From assembly GCA_965208835.1 (NCBI GenBank), contig OZ242358.1, positions 864,001 to 928,000 of the forward strand: 64,000 nucleotides of DNA. The letters run 5' to 3'. A model generated the notes under the pieces. The model was not told where the DNA came from. It saw only the letters and a list, made by a program, of their open reading frames with translations, and did not search any database. Each line of letters starts with the position of its first letter. Position 1 is the first letter of the stretch. Source of the DNA: Candidatus Latescibacterota bacterium. GTDB lineage: Bacteria > Latescibacterota > UBA2968 > GCA-2709665. This document shows, one piece after another, positions 1 to 9,904 of the stretch. The position numbers were made by a program, and so were the translations under genes.

Positions 1-614
<614 letters not shown>

Positions 615-734
615 TTAATCAGTGCTTCGGTCGGTGACGGGACGATTCTGAGGTCGCCCCCTTCATTGTTTCAGATGGGTGCTCCGCGTGGATCTGTTGT
701 CGTTATCACGCCCATTCGTTGGCAAACCTCCTTA

Positions 735-922
735 GAAGCTGTCGTAAAATTCCCAGCGGTCTTCGCGCGCCTGCAAAAGAGCCGGTCGGCGTTGGCCAAA
801 CCCGCCCGTATCCAATGTATCGAGGCTGCGCGCCCCTCGCCTCTCTTAGGCGGGTTTTCCCGCCTTGACCGCCACTTTTTCGCTCGCGCTCGGGAACTCA
901 CCGGTAATTTTAAAACAGCTTC
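735..922. mobile_element. MITE (non-autonomous, ~188 bp) with terminal inverted repeats and TTA target duplication
   Basis: Left end GAAGCTGTCGTAAAATT; right end reverse-complements to GAAGCTGTTTTAAAATT. TTA at 732-734 and 923-925. No transposase. A 3-bp TWA duplication fits IS5-like elements. Confidence 0.75.
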
Positions 923-1075
923 TTAGCAGTAACCTTCACAGATCTCGATCCGGTGTTCGAATTGATGTTCTCGCGGACGAAATATCATTTATCAAATCAC
1001 CGCGACTGCCGCAAGTGTGTGCAAAATACAGCTAAAAAATAGCTATTTAAAGATTATATATTATATAATTTTCAT

Positions 1076-1104
1076 TTGACAAATAGCCGATATTTCATTA
1101 TTAT
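1076..1104 (+). promoter_or_regulatory. sigma70-type promoter
   Basis: TTGACA (1076-1081), 17-bp spacer, TATTAT (1099-1104) in an AT-rich tract. A second TATAAT lies at 1111-1116. Confidence 0.7.
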
Positions 1105-1145
1105 ACTTTGTATAATGTTCTGCCGGCCAAAAGGGGGATGGATTG

Positions 1146-1358
1146 ATGCGTACCAAGAGGACGATGACACTCAACCTCACAGACGCTGAGATGGGGGTGC
1201 TGGAGGCGCTGAGCGAGAAGAAGGACTTAAGCAAGACAGCACTTTTGCGTCAGGCGCTGCGTATATATCAGTTGATTGAAGCAAGGCTTGAGTGTGGCGA
1301 AAAGCTGTTCTTCGAGGATGAACAAACCGAAAAGAAGGCCGAGGTCATGTTGGTATGA
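1146..1358 (+). CDS. ribbon-helix-helix (CopG-like) DNA-binding protein / putative antitoxin
   Basis: MTLNLTDAEMGVLEALSEKKDLSKTALLRQAL has the beta-alpha-alpha RHH pattern. GGGGGA SD. ATGA overlap with the next gene. Confidence 0.8.
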   Translation: MRTKRTMTLNLTDAEMGVLEALSEKKDLSKTALLRQALRIYQLIEARLECGEKLFFEDEQTEKKAEVMLV

Positions 1359-1990
1359 CAGTACCGGTTTCGGTTGTCCATCTCTTGAACGTGTCGACGG
1401 GTGAATCAGAAGCAGCCAAACTCACGCACGCCATTACGGAACAACACCTTGCAGATTGGGAGGGCGAGTGGCTGCCGGCGTTGTTCATCGCGATACAGCG
1501 CCTAAAACGTGACGGGATCGCGAGGCGGCATTGGCCGCAAAGCCGCCATTGGAATTGGCGGAACAAGGTAAACGCGCTTCAGGGATTGCTGGCCAATCCG
1601 GGATTCGCCATTGTCTGTGATGGGCTGACGCAGGGCATGATGATTGTTGACACGGCGACGCGCAGATGCGGGATTGATGGCCAGAAAGGACAACATCTCG
1701 TGTACGTAAAGTACGTAGAGAACGCGCCCTGGAACCGCCCCGAGTTGTTCACCCCGCCACGATACCGTGGCGTAGGTAGTATTCTCATCAGGGCTGCTGT
1801 AGCACTGAGCGAGGAGCTGGAGTTCCGTGGGCGCATCGGGCTCCATTCGCTGCCACAGGCGAATAGCTTTTATGCCAATACCTGTGGCATGACCGATCTT
1901 GGGACCGATCCCAAACAGGAGAATCTGCGTTACTACGAGATGACGCCTGAACAGGCCAGGGCTTTCGTCACGAGGGGGAAGAGGCCATGA
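1355..1990 (+). CDS. GNAT family N-acetyltransferase (putative toxin)
   Basis: Motif A PRYRGVGSILI and motif B LHSLPQANSFY. Translationally coupled at both ends. Confidence 0.8.
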   Translation: MTVPVSVVHLLNVSTGESEAAKLTHAITEQHLADWEGEWLPALFIAIQRLKRDGIARRHWPQSRHWNWRNKVNALQGLLANPGFAIVCDGLTQGMMIVDTATRRCGIDGQKGQHLVYVKYVENAPWNRPELFTPPRYRGVGSILIRAAVALSEELEFRGRIGLHSLPQANSFYANTCGMTDLGTDPKQENLRYYEMTPEQARAFVTRGKRP

Positions 1991-2469
1991 AAGTAAGAAT
2001 CAGTAAGGAGTGGTGCATGTGGATGGCAAAGCTGGAGGGCGACAGCGAAATCGGAGCCGGTCACTTGGCGATTGATCCGGCGTTTGACGATGAGACTGCC
2101 CCGTCACTCGATCGAGAAGGCGAACCGAACATCGCCTTCGGACGTTTAATCAACCTTATGCGCAGACAGCGAAGGATCAGCCTTGAGCAGCTTGCCGCAG
2201 ACGCGGATGTGACTCCAACCGAACTTGCCGGAATTGAAAGCGACATGCACTATAGACCTGCGCTTCGTACGACCTATCAGCTTGCCAACTTCTTCCATAT
2301 GCCACGAACCGGTTTCCTGGAGTTGGCTGGATTAACCGATCAGAAGAATGCACGGCTGGCAGAAGGTGCAGTTCGCTATGCAGTCCCTGCGGAGTCGACA
2401 GCGGAACTAACTCCTGAAGAGACCGCGGATCTGGAAGCGTTTGTTGCTGTTCTCAGCAAGCAGAAGTAG
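1987..2469 (+). CDS. XRE-family helix-turn-helix protein
   Basis: FGRLINLMRRQRRISLEQLAADADVTPTELAGIE matches an HTH_XRE. ATGA overlap and GAGG SD. Confidence 0.8.
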   Translation: MKVRISKEWCMWMAKLEGDSEIGAGHLAIDPAFDDETAPSLDREGEPNIAFGRLINLMRRQRRISLEQLAADADVTPTELAGIESDMHYRPALRTTYQLANFFHMPRTGFLELAGLTDQKNARLAEGAVRYAVPAESTAELTPEETADLEAFVAVLSKQK

Positions 2470-2551
2470 CGGGAACGAGCCAAGTGTGGCGAGAAGTCGC
2501 ATAATTGCTGCAAAGACGGCCGATGATATTGACATGTGTGTCGAGCGTGAT

Positions 2552-3643
2552 TTACTGTGTACGCTCCCGCTCTTTCAGATGGATGCTTCCGTTCATGCTC
2601 CGCAGCTTGACTACGACGTCGCTGCCGCTGCCGATGACTCCCTTAACGCGTTTCCTGCCTTTGCGCTCTGCGGCCACGGGAAAATCGCATCGGACGCGTC
2701 CATTGTTCGTTTTGGCGTCGATCCGGCCTGAAAAATCTGAACCAAGCGTCATTTTTACGGCGCCGTTGTTGGTCCTGGCGGTCGCCGAAGCCGCGCATTG
2801 GTCCACGTCCAGGTCAATCGATCCATTGGTGGTATGAAAGGTCGCCGCGTTGACGAGTCGTCCGATTTCCGCCCTGATCTTCCCGTTGACGGTTTGTGCT
2901 TTGAAGGGACCGGTATCGCCCTCCATTGCCACGACGCCGTTTACGCTTTCGGCGTCGATCGCGCCGTCGATTCCCTGAACGCTGATCTTGCCGTTCACGG
3001 TGTGTGGACGCACAGCCATGGCACGCGGCGTTTCGATTTCGTAGTGAACAGCGAGATTCACGCCGCCGGGCGGACTGGGATGCTCGGCGAAGACGCGGAG
3101 AACATCGCCCGCCTGCTCGGCGCGCACCTCGACTTCGCGGTCGAACGCATCCCTTAAGGCGCGTTGTCCGTGAACTGATTTCCAGGCACGGACGACGATC
3201 TTGTCGCCATCGGCGCTTTTGATCGAGATCGAGCCGTTGACGGTCCTGGCGTCGATCGTCGCAATGCCGGCCGCATCGAACGTCCATTCCTGCTGTTTCC
3301 CTGCCCGGCGTCGTCCCGCGCCCCTTTCCCATGCATCGGATGTATCGGCGATGGAGGAAGTCGCCTGATTGACTGCCTCGTTCACCATCTTCCCGATGTC
3401 CTGCCAGCGGACCGAGTCCATCGCTTTGGCTACCTCGTTCTCGATCTCTTTTCCGACTTCGCTGAAGACCTCCGTGAATCTGTCGTAGGGCCTTTTGCCC
3501 TTCTCACGCCGGCCCTCCTCGGATTCAGTTTCCTCGTCCGGGCCGGATGGCTCGTCGAGCGCACGCAATAACAATTCGGCCTCTTCGGGGTTGATCTTCC
3601 CTTCGGAGAGCATTTTGAGAATTTCCAGTCTTTCCGTACTCAT
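2552..3643 (-). CDS. DUF4097 beta-repeat protein with N-terminal SHOCT-like domain (YvlB/LiaX-like)
   Basis: N-terminal ERLEILKMLSEGKINPEEAELLLRAL and repeated T(V/T/N)NGxI motifs. Confidence 0.85.
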   Translation of the reverse strand: MSTERLEILKMLSEGKINPEEAELLLRALDEPSGPDEETESEEGRREKGKRPYDRFTEVFSEVGKEIENEVAKAMDSVRWQDIGKMVNEAVNQATSSIADTSDAWERGAGRRRAGKQQEWTFDAAGIATIDARTVNGSISIKSADGDKIVVRAWKSVHGQRALRDAFDREVEVRAEQAGDVLRVFAEHPSPPGGVNLAVHYEIETPRAMAVRPHTVNGKISVQGIDGAIDAESVNGVVAMEGDTGPFKAQTVNGKIRAEIGRLVNAATFHTTNGSIDLDVDQCAASATARTNNGAVKMTLGSDFSGRIDAKTNNGRVRCDFPVAAERKGRKRVKGVIGSGSDVVVKLRSMNGSIHLKERERTQ

Positions 3644-3645
3644 CG

Positions 3646-4035
3646 CTATTTCCTCCCAAGTTGCTTGATCAGTTCGGCTGCTTCCGTTGCTGAAATCTCA
3701 CCATTGTCGAGCTGCTTCAGGATATCGCCGCGCTTCTCCGCCCGATCGTCCACCGGGGTCGGCTCCGCCCCCACATCGTAGCCAAGCTCGGCGATGACCG
3801 CATTCAGGCGGTTGCGAACCGTGGGATAGGAAATGCCCAGTTCGCGTTCCATTTCCTTGATATTGCCCCGGTTTTTGACGAAAATCTCGATAAAGTCGAG
3901 GCTTTGCTGTTGCAGACGACAAAAGGGGCACGTCGAATACTGGCTTTCGATTCTCGTGTGGCAGGCGTGACACTGTAATCCCGATATCGTCAGTTCGCCG
4001 CCGCACGTCGGACATCCTTCCAGTACTTTCCGCAC
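3646..4035 (-). CDS. DUF2089 family protein (Zn ribbon + HTH + SHOCT)
   Basis: CPTCG..CHAC, FVKNRGNIKEMERELGISYPTVRNRL and C-terminal ILKQLDNGEISATEA. Usual partner of DUF4097 genes. Confidence 0.9.
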   Translation of the reverse strand: MRKVLEGCPTCGGELTISGLQCHACHTRIESQYSTCPFCRLQQQSLDFIEIFVKNRGNIKEMERELGISYPTVRNRLNAVIAELGYDVGAEPTPVDDRAEKRGDILKQLDNGEISATEAAELIKQLGRK

Positions 4036-4445
4036 GGTTGAGTTACTCCTTTATGAGTTAGCGCCGCTGATGTGAGCAGCGCGATCAGGCGCTGGGGCCG
4101 TGTAGTTCATCGAACGCGCTTGCGCCCGTTGGGGGCCCGGGGTATCTTGGACTCCTGCGTACCGCATGCACGAGGGAGACCGGACGAACGCCCTCCGTTC
4201 CCACACGAGGGTCTGGCCACGCGAACCCTTGCTGAGCAATTGAATGGCTACGGAAAAAGGATACCATGATAAAATTAAATTGTCAACATATAATTACAAA
4301 TTTATTGATAAATACGTAATAAAAATTAACAATTATAAAATATAAATGAAATATTTAATCTGCGCGTTTTGATTTGCGACGCATCTTGACCCGTGACTCA
4401 CCAAGGGGCGGAAGGGTGAAACCATCGGGCGATCTTGAATACGCG

Positions 4446-5597
4446 ATGTTCTCGCGGCAGGAGATGGACCGGCGGTATGCCCGCGCGCGTGAGGAGATGG
4501 ACCGGCGCGGAATGGACGCGCTGTTCGTCACCGGCGAGGAGAACTTTCAGTATTTCGCCGGCACGGCGGCGAGCGCCGCTCTCCACGCGTCTCTGACCCG
4601 GCCGTCGGTCTTCATCCTGCCTCTGGAGGGAGAGCCGATCGTTGTCACGCAGGGCCGGGACAACCTGGCGCTGGGTTCCTACGTGACCGATGTGCGCGGG
4701 TACACCGACCTGTTCGGGTTTCCACATACCGTCGCGATCCAGGCGCTTCGTGACGCGGGGGCGGCCGCGGGGTCCGTGGGCGTGGAGTTGGGGCTGGAAC
4801 AGCGCTTGGGAATCCCTGCAGGCGCGTATCAGGACCTGACTTCGGCCTTGCCTGACGTCGCTTTCGTGGACGCCGCAGAAGTCATCGTGAAGTTGCGGAT
4901 GGTAAAGTCGAGCGAAGAAACCGCGTATATCCGTCAGGCGGGAGAAGTGACGGCAAGAGCCCGCCAGAGGCTGTTCGGGATGCTTCGACCGGGCATGACG
5001 GAACGTGAGACCGCGCGCCTTTTGCGGCGGCTGATTCTGGAAGAGCGCGGCGACGGGACGTCGTTCGTCATGCTGCTCCTGGGAGTCCCGGGATCGCGGA
5101 ACCCGTTCGCTTACGACAGGCCGCTGGAAGCAGGCCAGGTTGTGGGTGTGGATACCGGCGCCCGCGTGGGCATGTATACGATCGACTATACGCGGTGGGG
5201 TGTCCTGGGCACCGCGACGGATGCGCTGAGACGCTTGTATGACGCGCTTCTGGAGTTGAACCGAAGGATGGCCGCGGCTCTGGGTCCCGGGGTGCCGTGT
5301 TCCGAGATCTATCACGTCGGGAACGACGCGATCGACAAAACCTGTTCGCGGATGGAAGGGCTGGAGCGATTCGGACCTTCCCGTATGGGACACGGGCAGG
5401 GCATGCTGATTACCGAACCGCCGAGCATTCATCCTGATGATGAGACGCCACTGGCGCCGGGGATGGTCCTCAGCGCCGAGCCCGGATTGGCCGCGGAAGG
5501 CGTTCAGATGCTATGGGAGGATGTCTTCGTGATCACGGACAACGGAAGCGTGCAGATCACCGCAGAGAGCGATAAACTTCACGAGGTTCTGTATTGA
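4446..5597 (+). CDS. Xaa-Pro peptidase family (M24) protein
   Basis: Creatinase-type N-terminus, LRMVKS, metal ligands in DTG..DYTR, GHGQG, EPG and EDV. Start may be further upstream (GTG 4416). Confidence 0.88.
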   Translation: MFSRQEMDRRYARAREEMDRRGMDALFVTGEENFQYFAGTAASAALHASLTRPSVFILPLEGEPIVVTQGRDNLALGSYVTDVRGYTDLFGFPHTVAIQALRDAGAAAGSVGVELGLEQRLGIPAGAYQDLTSALPDVAFVDAAEVIVKLRMVKSSEETAYIRQAGEVTARARQRLFGMLRPGMTERETARLLRRLILEERGDGTSFVMLLLGVPGSRNPFAYDRPLEAGQVVGVDTGARVGMYTIDYTRWGVLGTATDALRRLYDALLELNRRMAAALGPGVPCSEIYHVGNDAIDKTCSRMEGLERFGPSRMGHGQGMLITEPPSIHPDDETPLAPGMVLSAEPGLAAEGVQMLWEDVFVITDNGSVQITAESDKLHEVLY

Positions 5598-5643
5598 ACG
5601 GCCGTTGTCTGTTGATATTCCTGACGCGATGGCTTAGAATCTG

Positions 5644-5664
5644 GCTAACAGCTAACAGCTAACA
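5644..5664. repeat. heptamer tandem repeat (GCTAACA)x3
   Basis: Read directly. Related CAGC-core heptamer runs at ~13680-13706 and ~26120-26146. Confidence 0.8.
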
Positions 5665-5674
5665 CCCAAAGGCG

Positions 5675-5717
5675 GGACCTCTCCCCCCGGCCCCCTCTCC
5701 TAAAGGAAAGGGGGAGA
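5675..5717. repeat. REP-like palindromic element
   Basis: CCTCTCCCCCCGGCCCCCTCTCCTAAAGGAAAGGGGGAG forms an imperfect hairpin and resembles the CCCCTCTCC-N-GGAGAGGGG intergenic repeat type. Confidence 0.55.
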
Positions 5718-5967
5718 AAAGTCAGAAAAGCGGCCTCACACGAAGACACAAAGAAAAGCAGTCAACGTTCAACAAGAGCCGGTACGAACGCGAATCCCAG
5801 CCGGGATCCTTGCCTTAAAGACTCACGACCGTCCGGTGGTGGAGCGGGGGGTTTTCCCACGCTATTCCGTTCAGCACCATCGCGACGTGTGTCCCATTGC
5901 GGTCGCAGGACGCAGTCGCCAGTCTATGCCACTGAGGGAATTCGTGGAAAAACCGGCCCCCCGCCGA

Positions 5968-6017
5968 GGGGCGCCGTTCTTTTTGGCCCTTTTTCTTTGG
6001 CGAGAAAGAAAAAGGGC
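5968..6017. repeat. intergenic hairpin repeat / possible terminator
   Basis: GCCCTTTTTCTTT-GGCGAG-AAAGAAAAAGGGC perfect stem preceded by GGGGCGCC..TTCTTTT. Resembles the end of a widespread MITE-like repeat (from memory). Confidence 0.55.
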
Positions 6018-6155
6018 ATAAAAAATTAAAAAACAATATGTTGTAAAGAAAACACTAGGTGGTAAAGGTGAAAAAGCCTGTTATTATATGTCCCAGGCGA
6101 CATCAGATTTAGGTGCGGATTTTGCGTCACATTAATAAATAAAAGGACTGAATTA

Positions 6156-7196
6156 ATGCCAGATGCCGCGTGGGCAAGCGTGATCGAAGACGATCGCAGG
6201 ATCCGAATCGAAACCGCCGAACTCGAAGCCGCGATTCCGAAGCGAAACCCGAAGCAATGGATGACGGGGATCGAAAAGGGATCGTTCGTCGACAGGAAGA
6301 CCGGCTTCCGGGAGGCGGGCGACGGCCTGATGGTTGTCGACTGGCTGATGGAGGCGGGCAGCGACGAATCGTACAGCGGTAGCGTGATTGCGGATGACGG
6401 ACACGGTGTGGGGCGATACCGCTGGCATGAGAACGAGCCTGACCCCGGGAGCAGGGAATACGCCATCCTGTCGCACGGAAGCAGTCATCGGAAGCGAATG
6501 ATCGAGGGTCCGCAGCTCTGCCACAGGATGAAGCCCGTGCAGCCGGATGTGACTCGCGGGAAGGACTTTATCGCCGTGAGGACCCGGTACCGTTTCGAGT
6601 ACTCGGCGCCGGGCCGAAACACGGGGTCCTGGTGGACGCAGTTGATCGTGTTTCCCAAAGGCGAGCGGTATTTCGTGTTGATGGACAGGATCGACAGCGT
6701 GAACGACTCTCCGGAGATGTTTCTCAGGAACGACACACCGGGCTGCGTCCGGCATAGAAGGGGCGATACGTTCAGCGAAATCTATCTCAGCTATCTGAGC
6801 GGACCCCATGGCCTGCGCATACCGTCGAGTGAATTCTTCGAACCATTCCCGCCGGACCGGAAGTATGGATATCGCCGCGACCTGAACAGAACGCCCGAAC
6901 ATTTCATCCGGGCGTACCGCCTGCGGGATCCTGAAACGGGCGCCGACGGTCCCTGGCTCGGCGGCATTACGCTCGATCCCTCCGTCGTCTACGAGGCCTG
7001 GTGCAGCCAGCGGCCGGGAGATATCATCGTGATGATCCTTGAAATGCATGGCTTGCCCGTAAAAGCCGGCGATACGTTCAGCGCGGCGCACATCGTGGGC
7101 TACTTTGACAGCATCGATGAAATGCACGCGGTGTACCATCGCTACAGGGGGCACAGGAAGCTGGCGGTCGACGCATCGGGCTGGGCGCTGAGTTAA
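6156..7196 (+). CDS. hypothetical protein (346 aa)
   Basis: Long ORF with AAGGA SD and coding-like composition; no family recognised. Confidence 0.8.
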   Translation: MPDAAWASVIEDDRRIRIETAELEAAIPKRNPKQWMTGIEKGSFVDRKTGFREAGDGLMVVDWLMEAGSDESYSGSVIADDGHGVGRYRWHENEPDPGSREYAILSHGSSHRKRMIEGPQLCHRMKPVQPDVTRGKDFIAVRTRYRFEYSAPGRNTGSWWTQLIVFPKGERYFVLMDRIDSVNDSPEMFLRNDTPGCVRHRRGDTFSEIYLSYLSGPHGLRIPSSEFFEPFPPDRKYGYRRDLNRTPEHFIRAYRLRDPETGADGPWLGGITLDPSVVYEAWCSQRPGDIIVMILEMHGLPVKAGDTFSAAHIVGYFDSIDEMHAVYHRYRGHRKLAVDASGWALS

Positions 7197-7221
7197 CCTC
7201 TCTTGTTCAAAACCCCAAACT

Positions 7222-7400
7222 TACATGGATGGACAGGATAGGCAGGATAAATGCAAAAAACGACCAGGATTAACAGGATTAAAAGCCAGGAGCAGGATCA
7301 GAACCGATCAGGATTGACGGGATTAGAGACCGAGAGCAGTATCAAGAACGACCGGGATAAACAGAAATAGAAATAAGGAGCACGATCATTACCTGATCCG
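7222..7400. repeat. degenerate CAGGAT short-repeat tract
   Basis: GGACAGGATAGGCAGGAT, CAGGATTAACAGGATT and CAGGATTGACGGGATT in a purine-rich intergenic region. Confidence 0.65.
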
Positions 7401-7609
7401 GAAAAAAGGCCAGGAACAGGACACGTGCTCACTTATCCGGACCAAAGCGATGAGTCATCAGCTCTGTTAACCGCGCAACATCACAATGAAGCATCAGATT
7501 CCGCATTTCAACAGATGACGTCGCAAAGGACTTCGCCGGGATTATCGAAATAAAACCGGCTATACGGAAAATCGCGGCTGCGTCGAATCTCTATCCGGGA
7601 GAAACCGAT

Positions 7610-8551
7610 ATGAGCAACGTGGTGAAGGGCCCCGACTGGGTTTGCGTGACGGAGAAGGCGGAATGGCAGGCGCGCGACTCGCAGGGGGAGATGGTGTGGG
7701 ACGGTCATATGTGGATTTTTGGGGGCTGGTTCACCCCGCAGACGCCCAATCCGCGCGACGTCTGGAAGTCGTCCGACGGGGTGAACTGGACCCGAACCGT
7801 GGAGGTTGCGCCGTGGGAACACGGCGACCTGCCGGCAACCATGCCGTTCAGGGGCCGGATATGGCTGATGGGGGGACGGAAACTGCCCGGTGCGGAGAAT
7901 ACGAACACGGTATGGTCGTCGTCCGACGGCGCCGAGTGGGTTCTGGAAACGGATGATCCGGGGTGGTGCCCCAGGGTATCGCCGTCGTTCGTCGTGTTCA
8001 GGGACAGGATGTGGATCATGGGCGGGACCGAGAATTTCTATCAGGACGATGACACGAACCTCAAGAACGACGTCTGGTCCACCGCCGACGGCAGGAACTG
8101 GAGATGCGACGTCGAGCATGCGGCATGGTCGAAACGGACGCACGCCCAGGCCGTGGTTTTCAGGAACAAAATCTGGATCATGGGCGGCGGCGCATGGCAG
8201 CCGGAAACCATCCCGCTAAACGATGTATGGTGCTCTGAAGACGGCGCGAACTGGACGCAGGTAACTTCCGAGGCGCCCTGGAAGAAACGCATGTGGTTTT
8301 CCCTCGTCGTCTACCGGGACCATATGTGGGTCCTGGGTGGATGGTCCCGCAAGGACGGCGACTTCGGCGACGTGTGGTACTCGAAGGACGGCGCGAACTG
8401 GACGGAACTCAAATCGGACGTGATCTGGACAAATCGCCACGAGCATTCGGCCTATGTCTTCAAGGACAGGATCTGGCTGGCCGGCGGGCATGCCCGGCCC
8501 TTGAACAGCGAAGTCTGGTCCCTGGAGCTCCCGCCGGATTGGCAGGGGTGA
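7610..8551 (+). CDS. Kelch-like beta-propeller protein
   Basis: About six repeats of WIxGG...(N)DVWxSxDGxNW. Confidence 0.85.
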   Translation: MSNVVKGPDWVCVTEKAEWQARDSQGEMVWDGHMWIFGGWFTPQTPNPRDVWKSSDGVNWTRTVEVAPWEHGDLPATMPFRGRIWLMGGRKLPGAENTNTVWSSSDGAEWVLETDDPGWCPRVSPSFVVFRDRMWIMGGTENFYQDDDTNLKNDVWSTADGRNWRCDVEHAAWSKRTHAQAVVFRNKIWIMGGGAWQPETIPLNDVWCSEDGANWTQVTSEAPWKKRMWFSLVVYRDHMWVLGGWSRKDGDFGDVWYSKDGANWTELKSDVIWTNRHEHSAYVFKDRIWLAGGHARPLNSEVWSLELPPDWQG

Positions 8552-8617
8552 ACAGAAAACAGCAGCGCCGCCGACACTCGGGCGGCAGGCGATTTCGTTC
8601 CCGGGAGGAATCTCAAG

Positions 8618-9805
8618 ATGAAAATCAAGTCCATCCGCGCGGTGAACGTGAACTTTCCCGAAACGTACGGACGCGCGAAGCCCGGCGCCGAGCAATACAA
8701 GACGGCGCGCCGCCCGTCGTGGGCCGCTCAGGGGCCCGTTGCCAACCCCATGACGCGCTATCCGCGATACGCCGCGTTCCGTCCGTCCTGGTTGCCGGGA
8801 TGGGGCGGCTTCGGCTGTGTCGTCGAAGGCGAAGACGGCACCCTGGGTTTCGCCACGGCCAGCCACGGGCGTCCCGTTGCGGCCATCATCGACGACTTTC
8901 TCGGGCCCCGACTGGTGGGCGAGAGTTGCCTGGCAACCGAAAAGTGCTACGACATGATGGTGCGGATGGGGGCCCCATACGGAGCGACCGGCCTGCATGC
9001 GTACGCGGTGAGCGCCATCGACCTCGCGCTGTGGGATCTGAAGGGCAAACTGCTGGACAGGCCGGTATACGAACTTCTGGGCGGACCGGCGCGCGACGAG
9101 ATGTTCTGCTACGCCACGGGGGGCGACGCCGACTGGTACCTCGAACTGGGCTTTGAGGCCATCAAACTGCCGTGCCCGTACGGTCCGGCGGACGGGCTGG
9201 AAGGTCTCAAGAAAAACGTGGATCTCGTGGCCGGCACGCGGGATCTCGCGGGCGACAACGTGGAACTGATGCTCGACTGCTGGATGGCGTTCGACGTGGA
9301 ATACGCCGTTCGCCTTGCGGAGGAACTGCGCCCGAGCAAGCTCAAGTGGATGGAGGAAATGCTACGCTCGGAGGATCTCGACGCCCATGCCGAATTGCGC
9401 CGCCGGCTTCCCTGGGCAACCCTGGCCACCGGCGAACACTGGTACACGACCGTTCCGTTCCAGCGCGCGGCAAGCCGGCACCTCCTGGACATTTTCCAGC
9501 CGGACATCAACTGGGTGGGCGGGATGACCGCGGTCGTCAAGATCTGCGCAATTGCCGAGGCGGCCGGCATATCGGTCATTCCCCACGGCGGTGGCAATAC
9601 GCCATACGGACAGCACGTTTGTTACGCGATGCCGGCAATCCCGTGGACAGAATGTTACATCGCCAGCCCACCTGGCGTTGACCCGGACGAGGCCGCGCGG
9701 CCCCCCGGTGTTGCCTCACCCCGGAGCGGCCGAATGAAGCCTCTGGACGGGCCGGGGTTCGGGGTGGAAATCACGGAAGCGCAGGTGTCGCCGTTTCAGT
9801 ATTAG
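8618..9805 (+). CDS. L-rhamnonate dehydratase-like enolase superfamily enzyme, copy 1
   Basis: ANPMTRYP, SAIDLALWDL, KLP, LDCWM, WMEE, ATGEH, QPD and PHGGG are RhmD-subgroup signatures. Confidence 0.88.
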   Translation: MKIKSIRAVNVNFPETYGRAKPGAEQYKTARRPSWAAQGPVANPMTRYPRYAAFRPSWLPGWGGFGCVVEGEDGTLGFATASHGRPVAAIIDDFLGPRLVGESCLATEKCYDMMVRMGAPYGATGLHAYAVSAIDLALWDLKGKLLDRPVYELLGGPARDEMFCYATGGDADWYLELGFEAIKLPCPYGPADGLEGLKKNVDLVAGTRDLAGDNVELMLDCWMAFDVEYAVRLAEELRPSKLKWMEEMLRSEDLDAHAELRRRLPWATLATGEHWYTTVPFQRAASRHLLDIFQPDINWVGGMTAVVKICAIAEAAGISVIPHGGGNTPYGQHVCYAMPAIPWTECYIASPPGVDPDEAARPPGVASPRSGRMKPLDGPGFGVEITEAQVSPFQY

Positions 9806-9828
9806 AAGCTGTTTTAAAATTACCGGTG
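9805..9828. repeat. solo end of the 735-922 MITE
   Basis: GAAGCTGTTTTAAAATTACCGGTG is the exact reverse complement of 899-922, preceded by TTA, and overlaps the stop codon of enolase copy 1. Confidence 0.8.
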
Positions 9829-9904
9829 CACTGGCAGGGGTAATGCAAAGGCGCGAGCGCCGCCGCACGGCTGGCGGCGACGTGGCAATCGGGAGGAATT
9901 CAAA

